Of a DNA stretch of 64,000 nt, positions 35,454 to 44,131 are shown one piece after another. A model generated the notes under the pieces. That model was given only the letters and a program-made list of their open reading frames with translations. It searched no databases and was not told the origin of the DNA. The stretch covers positions 194,055 to 258,054 of the forward strand of contig CAWIZN010000044.1 of NCBI GenBank assembly GCA_963840495.1, written 5' to 3'. Every line of letters begins with the position of its first letter. Positions within the stretch are counted from its first letter, which is position 1. This DNA comes from an uncultured Candidatus Rokubacteria bacterium (GTDB lineage: Bacteria; Methylomirabilota; Methylomirabilia; Rokubacteriales; CSP1-6). A program made the translations under genes and the position numbers.

Positions 35454-36694
35454 AGCTGCGGGTCGCGATCCTGTCCGTGCACACGTGCCCCCTCGCCGCG
35501 CCCGGCGGCAAGGAGACGGGCGGGATGAACGTGTACGTCCGCGAGACGGCGCGCGAGCTGTGCCGCATGGGCGCGCACGTCGACGTGTTCACCCGCTCGC
35601 AGAACTCCGCCATCCCGCGCGTCGTGGAGATGGGGCACGGGGCGCGCGTCATCCACCTCTCGGCGGGGCCCCAGGCCCCGATGCCGCGCGAGGACGTGCA
35701 CGCCCACCTGGGCGACTTCGTGGCGGGCGTGGAGCAGTTCCGGCGCGAGCAGGGACTCGAGTACGATCTGATTCACGCGCACTACTGGCTCTCCGGCGTG
35801 GCCGGGCTCGCCCTGCGCGAGATGTGGGACGCGCCGCTCGTGCAGATGTTCCACACCCTCGGGCGGCTCAAGAACACGGTCGCGCAGTCGGCGGCCGAGG
35901 TCGAGCCCGAGCTGCGGATCGCCGAGGAGTCGCGGATCATCGCCGAGGCCGACCGCATCGTCGCCGCCAACGTGGTGGAGCGCGCGCACCTGGTCTGGTA
36001 CTACGGCGCGCGCGCCGAGCGCGTCGAGGTCATCCCGTGCGGCGTCGACACGGAGCTGTTCCAGCCGATGAGTCGCGCGGCGGCCAAGGACTTGCTCGAG
36101 CTCGGGCCCGAGCCCTTGCTGATCTACGTGGGGCGACTGCAGCCGATCAAGGGACTCGAGACCCTGCTCGACGCGATGGTGCGGCTGCCGGAGGCCACGC
36201 TGCTCATCATCGGCGGCGATCAGGATGAGCCCGACAATGGACATGGCGCCCTGATGCGCGAGCAGGTCAGGGCGCTCGGCCTCGAGCGGCGCGTCCGCTT
36301 TCTCGGCGCCCAGCCGCAGCGCCGGCTCCGGCTCTTCTACGCGGCGGCCGACGCGACGGTCATGCCGTCGTACTACGAGTCCTTCGGCATGGTGGCGCTC
36401 GAAGCGATGGCCTGCGGCAGCCCCGTGGTCGCCTCGCGCGTGGGCGGGCTCACGACGACGATCCAGGACGGCATCACCGGCCACCTCGTGCCGGAGGGCG
36501 ATCCCATCGCGCTCGCAGACTGTCTGGCCATGCTCCTCGCCGATGACGAGGCCGGCGCGCGGCTCGGGCGCGAGGCCGTCCGGTGGGCCGCCGAGCACCG
36601 CTGGCCCTGCGTCGCCGAGAAGATCTGCGAGCTCTACTCGACCCTGCGGCCCGCGGCCCTCCGCCACCTAGGCCAGGGCCGCTGCTTCACGTAA
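35450..36694 (+). CDS. GT4 glycosyltransferase, MshA-like (D-inositol-3-phosphate glycosyltransferase-like)
   Basis: 414-aa intact ORF whose GTG start overlaps the upstream stop. [49 protein letters not shown]...[11 protein letters not shown]...[30 protein letters not shown]... closely follows the MshA-type pattern. Confidence 0.8.
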   Translation: [414 protein letters not shown]

Positions 36695-36803
36695 GGGTTT
36701 CACGCTGACGCCGCCGCTCGTCATCACCCGGGACGAGCTCGAGCGGGCGCTCGCGATCGTCGACGACTGGTCGAGCGCGCGTGAGCGCGCCGAGCGCCCA
36801 TGA
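36672..36803 (+). pseudogene. class-III aminotransferase C-terminal relic (~43 codons)
   Basis: The frame ending at TGA 36801-36803 reads [43 protein letters not shown]. The (L/F)TPPL.IT..E.D.A motif is the typical C-terminus of class-III (omega) aminotransferases. The rest of the gene is absent. Its stop overlaps the phnW ATG (ATGA). Confidence 0.5.
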
Positions 36804-37978
36804 CCCCGAACGGAGGCGACACGATGCGACGCGATCCATTCCTGCTCACCCCGGGTCCACTGACGACCTCGCGGTCGACCAAGGAGGCGATGCTCCACGA
36901 CTGGGGCTCCCGCGACGGCGAGTTCATCGCGATGAACGCCCGCGTGTGCGAGCGGCTGCTGGACCTGGCGGGGGGCGGGGGAGTCACGTGTGCGTGCCGC
37001 TTCAGGGCAGCGGGACCTTCATCGTCGAGGCGATGATCGGCACGCTCGTGCCGGCCGACGGCAAGCTCCTCATCCTCGCCAATGGGGCCTATGGGCAGCG
37101 GATGGCTGCGCATCGCCGAGCGCTACCGGCGGCCGGTCATCATCCAGGAGACGCCCGAGGACGTGCCGGTCTCGGTCGCCGCCCTCGACCACGCGCTCGG
37201 CGACGATCCCTCGATCACCCACGTGGCGGTGGTCCAGTGCGAGACGACCTCGGGCATCCTGAATCCCGTCGACGACGTCGCACAGGTCACCGCGCGTCAC
37301 CGGCGGCGCCTGCTGATCGACGCCATGAGCGCCTTCGGCGCGCTCCCACTCGACGCCGCGCGCACGCCGTTCGACGCCCTCGTCGCCTCGTCGAACAAGT
37401 GCCTCGAGGGCGTGCCCGGGATCGGCTTCGCCATCATCCGGCGGTCCGCGCTCGAGGCGGCCCGCGGCCAGGCGCCGTCGGTCTCGCTCGACCTCCACGA
37501 CCAGTGGGCGTCCATGGAGAAGACGCGGCAGTGGCGCTTCACGCCGCCGACGCACGTCATCGCCGCGCTCGATCAGGCCCTGGCCGAGCACGCGGCGGAG
37601 GGCGGCGTGGCGGGGCGCGGCGCCCGCTATCGCCGGAACTGCGAGGTGCTGGTGGCCGGGCTCCGGGCGCTCGGCTTCGAGACCCTCCTGCCCGACGCCC
37701 TGCAGGCGCCGATCATCGTCACCGTCCGGATGCCGGCGGACCCGCGGTTTCAGTTCGAGGTCCTCTACGACCGGCTGAGCCGGCGCGGCTTCGTGATCTA
37801 TCCCGGCAAGCTCACCGTGGCCGACAGCTTCCGCATCGGCTGCATCGGCCGTCTCGGCGAGGCCGAGATGCGCGGCGTGCTCGACGCCATCCGCGACATC
37901 CTGGCCGAGATGGGCGTCACCCGCTGCGCGCCCGCGGCCGCCGAGCCCGCCGGCGCGCGACTATCCCGAACGATCTGA
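36800..37978 (+). pseudogene. phnW: 2-aminoethylphosphonate--pyruvate transaminase (class V aminotransferase), two frameshifts
   Basis: ...[49 protein letters not shown]... is followed by [41 protein letters not shown] (frame of ORF 36781..). It then continues in track ORF 37082..37978 (...[21 protein letters not shown]...). Shifts are near 36980 and 37095. Confidence 0.8.
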
Positions 37979-38050
37979 TATGCTGCAGGTCGTGAAGGCT
38001 TCTCCCACCATCGCATCACCCACCACTGCACCGCCCTACCGGAGACCATT

Positions 38051-39515
38051 GTGAAGAAGAAAAAGACATCAAAAACAGTTCCCAAGCGGCAGCCCGCGCG
38101 CGCAGAGTCGCGCGCGCACGAAGCCGAAGCCGCAGCCGCGGCGCGGAAGACGCAGCCGCCGAAGAAGGCCCCGACCCGTCGCCGCGCGCCCGCGCCCACC
38201 CCCGTCGAGGCGGCCGTGGTCGAGGCCGCTCCCGAGCGGGCGCTGGCCCCCAAGTCGCCGGTGGACGTGCCGGTGGACGAGGTCATCGTCCTCGAGACGC
38301 CGGAGCCGCGCTTCGCCTCGCGGGTGCTGCCGCCCGAGGCCGACCGCCCCTTTCCCGCGCCCCGGCGCGCGATCTTCTTCGACGTCGAGAATGCGAGCCG
38401 GCCGGAGCACATCGCGCGCGTGATCGAGCACCTCGAGGTGGACCGGACGGGGCGCCGCACCGACTTCGTGGCCGTCGGTAACTGGCGGGTGATCGGCCAT
38501 GACTCCGCGCGCCTGCTCGCGCGCCATGGCGCCCACCTCATCCACAGCGCGCCGTCGGTCGGTGTGCGCGACTGGAGCGATCTCAGGATCGCCGTCGGCG
38601 CCGGCGTGTGGCTGGCGAGCGCGCGCGCGGGCGACGTGCTCGAGATCATCACCAGCGACCGGGCCTTCGATGCCGTGGGTGACGTGGCGGCGAGCCTTGG
38701 CATCGAGTTCCGGCGCCTGTCCCACCAGGGCATCACGGGCGCGGCGGAAGCGCGCGCCCCGGTCAGGGAGGCGCCGACCGCATCGCGGTCAGCGGGCTAT
38801 CGCGGTCGCAGCCGGCGGCGCGGTCCCTGGCGCGATCGGGCCGCGCCCAGCGCGCCCGCTCCCGTCGCCTCCGCTCCTGTCATCTCGGCGCCCGTAGACC
38901 CGGCTCCACCTCGCGAGGTCGAGCCCGTGGTCATCGCCCCGCCGCCTCCGCCCCTCGCCGCCGGGCATCCCGCCGAGCCACGCAGCCGCGCAGACCACGC
39001 ACACCGCGCAGACCGCGCCGCGCGACGAGCTGATCGCACTGGTGCACGACCTGATGCAGCGCTCGCCGGGGCGGCCGTTGACGCTCGACACGCTGGCCAA
39101 TGCGCTCAAATCTCGCGGCTTCAGCCGCCCACCCGGCTCGCCCCGGCTCATCACCCGGCTGCGGCGCATCAAGGAGATCGCCCTGAGCCGCACCGGTGTC
39201 GTCACGCTGGTGGGCAGTCAAGATGCGGTCTCCGCGGAGGAGTTCGGCGCGGTCCAGCCCGACGTCGACGCGAGGGATGTCGACGCCGAAGACGTCGAGC
39301 CGGGCAATGTCCTGGTCAAGGACGTCGAGCCGCAAGACGTCGAAGCCCAGGACCTCGACGCCCTCGATGCCGACGAGGGCCCCGGGCCGGGGAACGAGGC
39401 GGTTCCAGGCCAGACCGCGGCCGCACCGGTGCTTCAGGATCCCCGCCGTCGCCGGTCCCGCCGCGGCGGCCGTGGTGGCCGCCGCCCTCGCCCCGAGACC
39501 GCCCGAGCGGGCTGA
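38051..39515 (+). pseudogene. NYN-domain (LabA/PIN-like RNase) protein with OST-HTH/LOTUS-like C-terminal module, one frameshift
   Basis: The N-terminus is Lys/Arg-rich. A NYN-like core follows: ...RRAIFFDVENASRPEHIARVIEHLEVDRTGRRTDFVAVGNWRVIGHDSARLLARHGAHLIHSAPSVGVRDWSDLRIAVGAGVWLASARAGDVLEIITSDRAFDAVGDVAASLGIEFRRL. After a Pro-rich linker the protein continues in track ORF 39042..39515 frame: DELIALVHDLMQRSPGRPLTLDTLANALKSRGFSRPPGSPRLITRLRRIKEIALSRTGVVTLVG. It ends with acidic DV(D/E)-rich repeats and an Arg-rich tail. The shift is near 38975. Confidence 0.6.
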
Positions 39516-39520
39516 GCGAG

Positions 39521-39699
39521 GCGAGGGCCGCAGCCGCAGGCGAGGTGAGCGGATCCGGGAATGGGTGCGAGCGGAGCGAGGGCGAGCCGCAGCCGCAGGC
39601 GAGGTGAGCGGATCCGGGAATGGGTGCGAGCGGCGCGAGGGGCGAGCCGCAGCCGCAGGCGAGGTGAGCGGATCCGGGAATGGGTCCGAGCGGAGCGAG
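39521..39699. repeat. tandem repeat, 3 copies, period 59-60 bp
   Basis: The unit is gcgagccgcagccgcaggcgaggtgagcggatccgggaatgggtgcgagcggagcgagg. The ccgcagccgcagg landmark recurs at 39527, 39586 and 39646. The 59-bp period breaks any reading frame. The repeat lies between convergent stop codons (39515 and 39744). Confidence 0.85.
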
Positions 39700-39743
39700 G
39701 ACGGCCCGGCCGGCGCCGCCGCGATCGAGCGGGGCGGCGCCGG

Positions 39744-40604
39744 TCAGCGGCCGTAGTGGTCGATGATGTAGCGCGAGATGCTGTGGCGGGAGGGCAGGCC
39801 CGGCAGCTCGCCCCTCGGGAACCAGCGCGCGTCTTCCAGCTCGTCCGGGTCCACCTTGATCTCGCCGCCGGCATAGGTCGCCACGAAGCCCACCATGATC
39901 TGGCTCGGGAACGGCCAGTTCTGGCTGCCCACGTAGCGGATATCCGTCACGTCGACCCCGACCTCTTCCTTCACCTCGCGTGCGACCGTGCCTTCGAACG
40001 ACTCGCCATTGTCGACGAAGCCCGCGACCAGCGCGTAGCGCCCGGGTGCCCAGCCCGCCTTCCGGGCGAGCAGGCACCGGTCGCCGTCCGTCACGAGCAC
40101 GATGACCGCGGGGTGCAGGTGGGGATAGTGCTCGTAGCGGCACCGCGGACAGCGCTTGCCCCACTCGCCGGCGAGGCGCTCGGTGCGCTCGCCGCAGCGG
40201 GGACAGTGCCCGCTCGTCGCCTCCCACCAGAGCGCCTGCATGGCCATGCCGCCGAGCGAGAGCAGCTCGTCGGGCAGCCGCGTCCCTTGCATGGGCACCA
40301 GGGTCTCGGTGCGGTAGCCCTCGGGCAGCGGGTGGTCGCGCGGCACGGCCGCGACCCAGCATGGGTCGCCCTCGAGCGTGCCGAGCCAGAACGGCGCGTC
40401 GAGCGCCGGCCCGAAGCCCGCCGGCGCCTCCCCGGTCGGCAGCCGGATGGCGTCGCCGTCGGCGAGCACGATGAGGCGCTGGTCCTGGACGAGGAGCCAG
40501 CGGCCGCGGCCGACGTCCGGCTTGCCCCCGCTCTTGGCGGGGACGAACGCCTCGCCGAGGCAGTCCCGGTTGAACGGCAGATAGACCGACAGCGGGGTCG
40601 TCAC
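39744..40604 (-). CDS. nudC: NAD(+) diphosphatase (NADH pyrophosphatase, Nudix + zinc ribbon)
   Basis: GTG at 40604 (the last 287 codons of track ORF 39744..42668). It has the zinc ribbon HCPRCGERTERLAGEWGKRCPRCRYEHYP and the Nudix box GFVDNGESFEGTVAREVKEEVGV. The C-terminal end reads SISRYIIDHY. Confidence 0.85.
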   Translation of the reverse strand: MTTPLSVYLPFNRDCLGEAFVPAKSGGKPDVGRGRWLLVQDQRLIVLADGDAIRLPTGEAPAGFGPALDAPFWLGTLEGDPCWVAAVPRDHPLPEGYRTETLVPMQGTRLPDELLSLGGMAMQALWWEATSGHCPRCGERTERLAGEWGKRCPRCRYEHYPHLHPAVIVLVTDGDRCLLARKAGWAPGRYALVAGFVDNGESFEGTVAREVKEEVGVDVTDIRYVGSQNWPFPSQIMVGFVATYAGGEIKVDPDELEDARWFPRGELPGLPSRHSISRYIIDHYGR

Positions 40605-40606
40605 GG

Positions 40607-41842
40607 CTAGAGCTTGAGGCGGGTCCTGATCCGCTCGACGGCCTCGACCGTCTGATCCCGCTGCCCGAAGGCGGTGAGGCGGAGATAGCCCTCGCCGCTC
40701 GGGCCGAAGCCGGCCCCCGGCGTGCTCACCACGTGCGCCTCGTTCAGGAGCTTGTCGAAGAGCTGCCAGGAGCCCAGGCCCGGCGGCGTCTTCACCCAGA
40801 TGTACGGCGCATTGCGCGCGCCGTAGACGGTGAGGCCGACGGCGACGAGCCCGTCGCGGATGATGCGGGCATTTTCCATGTAGAAGTCGACCGCCTCGCG
40901 CACCTGCCGTTGCCCGTCGGGGGTGTAGACGGCCGCGCTGGCCTTCTGGATGATGTACGGCACGCCGTTGAACTTGGTGGACTGCCGCCGGAACCACAGC
41001 GCGTGGAGGCTCACGGCCTCGCCCGTGGCCGACTGCCCCATCAGCTCCTTCGGCACCACGGTGAAGGCGCAGCGCGTGCCCGTGAATCCCGCCGTCTTCG
41101 AGAAGCTCCTGAACTCGATCGCCACCTCGCGCGCGCCGTCGATCTCGAAGATCGAGTGCGGCACGTCGGCGTCGCGGATATACGCCTCGTACGCGGCGTC
41201 GTAGAGGATCACGGCCTGGTGGCGCCGCGCATAGTCCACCCACTCGGCGAGGGCCTCGCGGCTGAGCACCGCGCCCGTCGGATTGTTCGGATAGCAGAGG
41301 TAGATGAGGTCGACTTGCCGGGTGGGGAGCGCGGGCCTGAAGGCGTTCTCGGCGGTCGCCGGCAGATAGACCAGGCGATCGTAGCGCCCCGTCGCGTCGG
41401 CGCGGCCGGCGCGGCCCGCCATCACGTTGCTGTCGACGTAGGCCGGATACACGGGATCGGTGAGCGCCACCGTGCAGTCGGCGCCGAAGATCTCCTGGAT
41501 ATTGGTGGTGTCGCACTTGGCGCCGTCGCTGACGAAGATCTCGTCGGGGGCGACCTTGACGCCGAGGGCGCCGTAGTCGTGCGCGGCGATCAGCTCGGTG
41601 AGGAAGGGATAGCCGGTTTCCGGCCCGTAGCCCTTGAAGCTCTCGGGGCGCGCCATCTCGTCGGCGGCCTCGTGGAGCGCCTTGACCACGGCGGAGGGCA
41701 AGGGGCGCGTCACGTCGCCGATGCCGAGCCGGATGAGCTTGGCGCCGGGATGGGCCTCGCCGAAGGCGGCCACGCGCTTGGCGATGTCGGAGAAGAGATA
41801 GCTGGACTTGAGCTCGAGGTAGTGGTCGTTGACGCGCGCCAA
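40607..41842 (-). CDS. dapL: LL-diaminopimelate aminotransferase
   Basis: 411-aa intact ORF (TTG start, GGAGA SD): [49 protein letters not shown]...[12 protein letters not shown]...[15 protein letters not shown]... This matches the DapL family pattern. Confidence 0.85.
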   Translation of the reverse strand: MARVNDHYLELKSSYLFSDIAKRVAAFGEAHPGAKLIRLGIGDVTRPLPSAVVKALHEAADEMARPESFKGYGPETGYPFLTELIAAHDYGALGVKVAPDEIFVSDGAKCDTTNIQEIFGADCTVALTDPVYPAYVDSNVMAGRAGRADATGRYDRLVYLPATAENAFRPALPTRQVDLIYLCYPNNPTGAVLSREALAEWVDYARRHQAVILYDAAYEAYIRDADVPHSIFEIDGAREVAIEFRSFSKTAGFTGTRCAFTVVPKELMGQSATGEAVSLHALWFRRQSTKFNGVPYIIQKASAAVYTPDGQRQVREAVDFYMENARIIRDGLVAVGLTVYGARNAPYIWVKTPPGLGSWQLFDKLLNEAHVVSTPGAGFGPSGEGYLRLTAFGQRDQTVEAVERIRTRLKL

Positions 41843-41931
41843 GGTCGTCTCCTCTGGTCTCGGGTGTGCGGCAGGGGGATTTTAACAGGAATGCCGCCCG
41901 TCGCCCACGCGACGGGTCTGCGGGGCGCCTG

Positions 41932-41940
41932 TGGTAGACT
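41932..41940 (+). promoter_or_regulatory. extended -10 element TGgTAGACT, leaderless layout for the peptide-ABC ATPase gene
   Basis: TGGTAGACT at 41932-41940. The ATG at 41949 lies 8 nt downstream, with no SD. Confidence 0.4.
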
Positions 41941-41948
41941 GCCGCCCG

Positions 41949-42945
41949 ATGAGCGAGGTCCTCCTGGACGTCCGGGACCTGCACACCCACTTCGCGATCT
42001 CCGGGGCGGTGGTCCGCGCCGTCGACGGCGTCTCCTGGGACGTGTGGCCGGGCGAGACGGTGGCGCTGGTCGGCGAGTCCGGCTGCGGGAAATCCGTGAG
42101 CGCGCTGTCCGTCATGCGCCTCGTGACCCGGCCGGCCGGGCGCATCGTCAGCGGGCGCATCATCTTCAAGGGCCGGGATCTCCTCGAGCTGTCCGAGGAC
42201 GAGATGCGCCGCGTCCGCGGCAAGGACATCGGCATGATCTTCCAGGAGCCGATGACGTCCCTGAACCCCGTGCTCACGGTCGGGCGCCAGCTCACGGAGA
42301 CCGTGGAGATCCATCTCGGCATGACGCCCGCCCAGTCGCGCGCGCGGGCCATCGAGCTGCTCACGCTGGTGGGGGTCTCCGACGCCGAGCGGCGCCTCCG
42401 CCAGTACCCGCACCAGTTCAGCGGGGGGATGCGCCAGCGCATGATGATCGCCATGGCGCTGTCGTGCAATCCGGCCCTGATCCTCGCGGACGAGCCCACG
42501 ACGGCGCTGGACGTGACCATCCAGGCGCAGATCCTCGAGCTGATGAAGGGGCTCTCCGCGCCGGCTCGGAGCGGCCATGCTGATGATCACGCACAACCTC
42601 GGGGTGGTCGCCCGGTATGCCGATCGCGTGAACGTGATGTACGCGGGGAAGATCGTCGAGCGCGCCACGGCCCGCGAGCTCTACGCCAATCCGCGGCATC
42701 CCTATACGCTCGGGCTCTTGCACTCGGTGCCGCGGCTCGACGAGCCGCGGCGGGCGAAGCTCGATCCCATTCCCGGCCAGCCCCCGGACCTGAGTCGGCT
42801 CCCGGGCGGGTGCTCCTTCGCCCCGCGCTGTCCCTACGTCATCGAGCGGTGCCGCGCGGAGGTGCCGCCACTCGATCTCGTCGGCGCCGAGCACCTGAGC
42901 GCGTGCTGGGTGGCGAGCGAGCTCGGCAAGGCGGTTCCCGCATGA
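41949..42945 (+). pseudogene. oligopeptide/dipeptide ABC transporter ATP-binding protein (DppD/OppD type), one frameshift
   Basis: [58 protein letters not shown]...[50 protein letters not shown] continues in track ORF 42577..42945 ([28 protein letters not shown]...HPYTLGLL...C-terminal oligopeptide domain). The shift is near 42560. Confidence 0.85.
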
Positions 42946-43919
42946 CCGGCGAGCTGATCCTCGAGGTGCGCGATCTCGTCAAGCATTTCGAGGTCGGCGG
43001 CGGCCTGTTCGGCGGCCCGCCCGGCCTGGTCAAGGCGGTGGACGGCGTCAGCTTCGCCATTCGCCGGGGCGAGACCCTCGGGCTCGTGGGCGAGTCCGGC
43101 TGCGGCAAGACGACCACGGGGCGCTGCATCCTCCAGCTCGAGCGGCCGACCAGCGGCCAGGTGATCTTCGAGGGCGTCGACCTGACGACGCTCGGGCAAG
43201 TCGAGCTGCGGGCGGTGCGGCGGCGGGTCCAGGTCATCTTCCAGGATCCGTACAGCTCGCTCAACCCGCGGATGACCGTCGGCCAGATCATCGCCGAGCC
43301 CCTGGGCGTCCACGGGATCGTCCCCGAGCGGCGCGCCCGCGAGGTGCGGATGAAGTCGCTCCTGGAGCGGTGCGGGCTCCTGCCCGCGATGGCCCTGCGC
43401 TACCCGCACGAGCTGTCGGGGGGCCAGCGCCAGCGGGTCGGGATCGCGCGGGCGCTCGCCATGGAGCCCTCGCTCATCGTCTGCGACGAGCCCGTGTCGG
43501 CGCTCGACGTCTCGATCCAGGCGCAGATCATCAACCTGCTCGAGGAGCTGCAGGCCGATTTCGGCCTGACCTACCTCTTCGTCGCGCACGACCTGTCGGT
43601 GGTGCGGCATATCTCGGATCGAGTCGCCGTGATGTATCTGGGCAAGATCGTGGAGATCACGGACCGCAAGTCGCTCTACGACAACCCGCTGCACCCCTAT
43701 ACCCAGGCGCTGCTCTCCGCCGTCCCCATCCCGGACCCGGCGGTCGAGGCCGGGCGGGAGCGGACGGTGCTGGGCGGTGAGGTGCCGAGCCCCCTCAATC
43801 CTCCCGCGGGCTGTGTCTTTCACCCCCGCTGTCCCATTGCCATCGACGACTGCCGCCGTGCCGTCCCCGAGCTCCGGGAGATCCACCCGGAGCATCGGGT
43901 GGCCTGTATCCGGGTCTAG
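42942..43919 (+). CDS. oligopeptide/dipeptide ABC transporter ATP-binding protein (DppF/OppF type)
   Basis: ATG at 42942 overlaps the upstream stop (ATGA). The frame is intact: ...[25 protein letters not shown]...[43 protein letters not shown]...[12 protein letters not shown]... Confidence 0.9.
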   Translation: MTGELILEVRDLVKHFEVGGGLFGGPPGLVKAVDGVSFAIRRGETLGLVGESGCGKTTTGRCILQLERPTSGQVIFEGVDLTTLGQVELRAVRRRVQVIFQDPYSSLNPRMTVGQIIAEPLGVHGIVPERRAREVRMKSLLERCGLLPAMALRYPHELSGGQRQRVGIARALAMEPSLIVCDEPVSALDVSIQAQIINLLEELQADFGLTYLFVAHDLSVVRHISDRVAVMYLGKIVEITDRKSLYDNPLHPYTQALLSAVPIPDPAVEAGRERTVLGGEVPSPLNPPAGCVFHPRCPIAIDDCRRAVPELREIHPEHRVACIRV

Positions 43920-43942
43920 CCAAGTGCTTGACGCCCGCCGAC

Positions 43943-43971
43943 TTGACGGCCGCCGAATGGACCGCTAATCT
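43943..43971 (+). promoter_or_regulatory. sigma70-type promoter TTGACG-N17-TAATCT with ~155-nt leader before the SBP gene
   Basis: TTGACG at 43943-43948 and TAATCT at 43966-43971. A direct repeat, ggcacttcc x2, lies just downstream (~43974-43994). The SBP start at 44132 has an AAGGAGGA SD. Confidence 0.5.
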
Positions 43972-44131
43972 ACGGCACTTCCGGGCACTTCCTGGAACCC
44001 TTGTCCTGCCTCACGCATTCAATAGCTGCGAAGCCTCCGATCTCGAGGGAGAGATGACAGACCGTGGCCCTAGCCGGCCCGCCCAAGGACTACCCACAAC
44101 GCCGCCTTCCGGCGGATTGAAGGAGGACGAC

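Noticed and set aside
36800-37978. Phosphonate metabolism gene cluster around phnW
   Set aside because: No other phosphonate genes (pepM, phnX, phnA, phnCDE, C-P lyase) are visible within the window. A single frameshifted phnW does not make a cluster.
39521-39699. Possible CRISPR array (three ~60-bp direct repeats)
   Set aside because: The repeats are directly tandem with no unique spacers. The unit is about twice the usual CRISPR repeat length. No cas genes or leader are nearby.
40605-42668. Upstream 690 codons of the 974-aa ORF 39744..42668(-)
   Set aside because: Only the last 287 codons (nudC, GTG 40604) are protein-like. The upstream part runs out of frame across dapL and antisense to the dppD-like gene.
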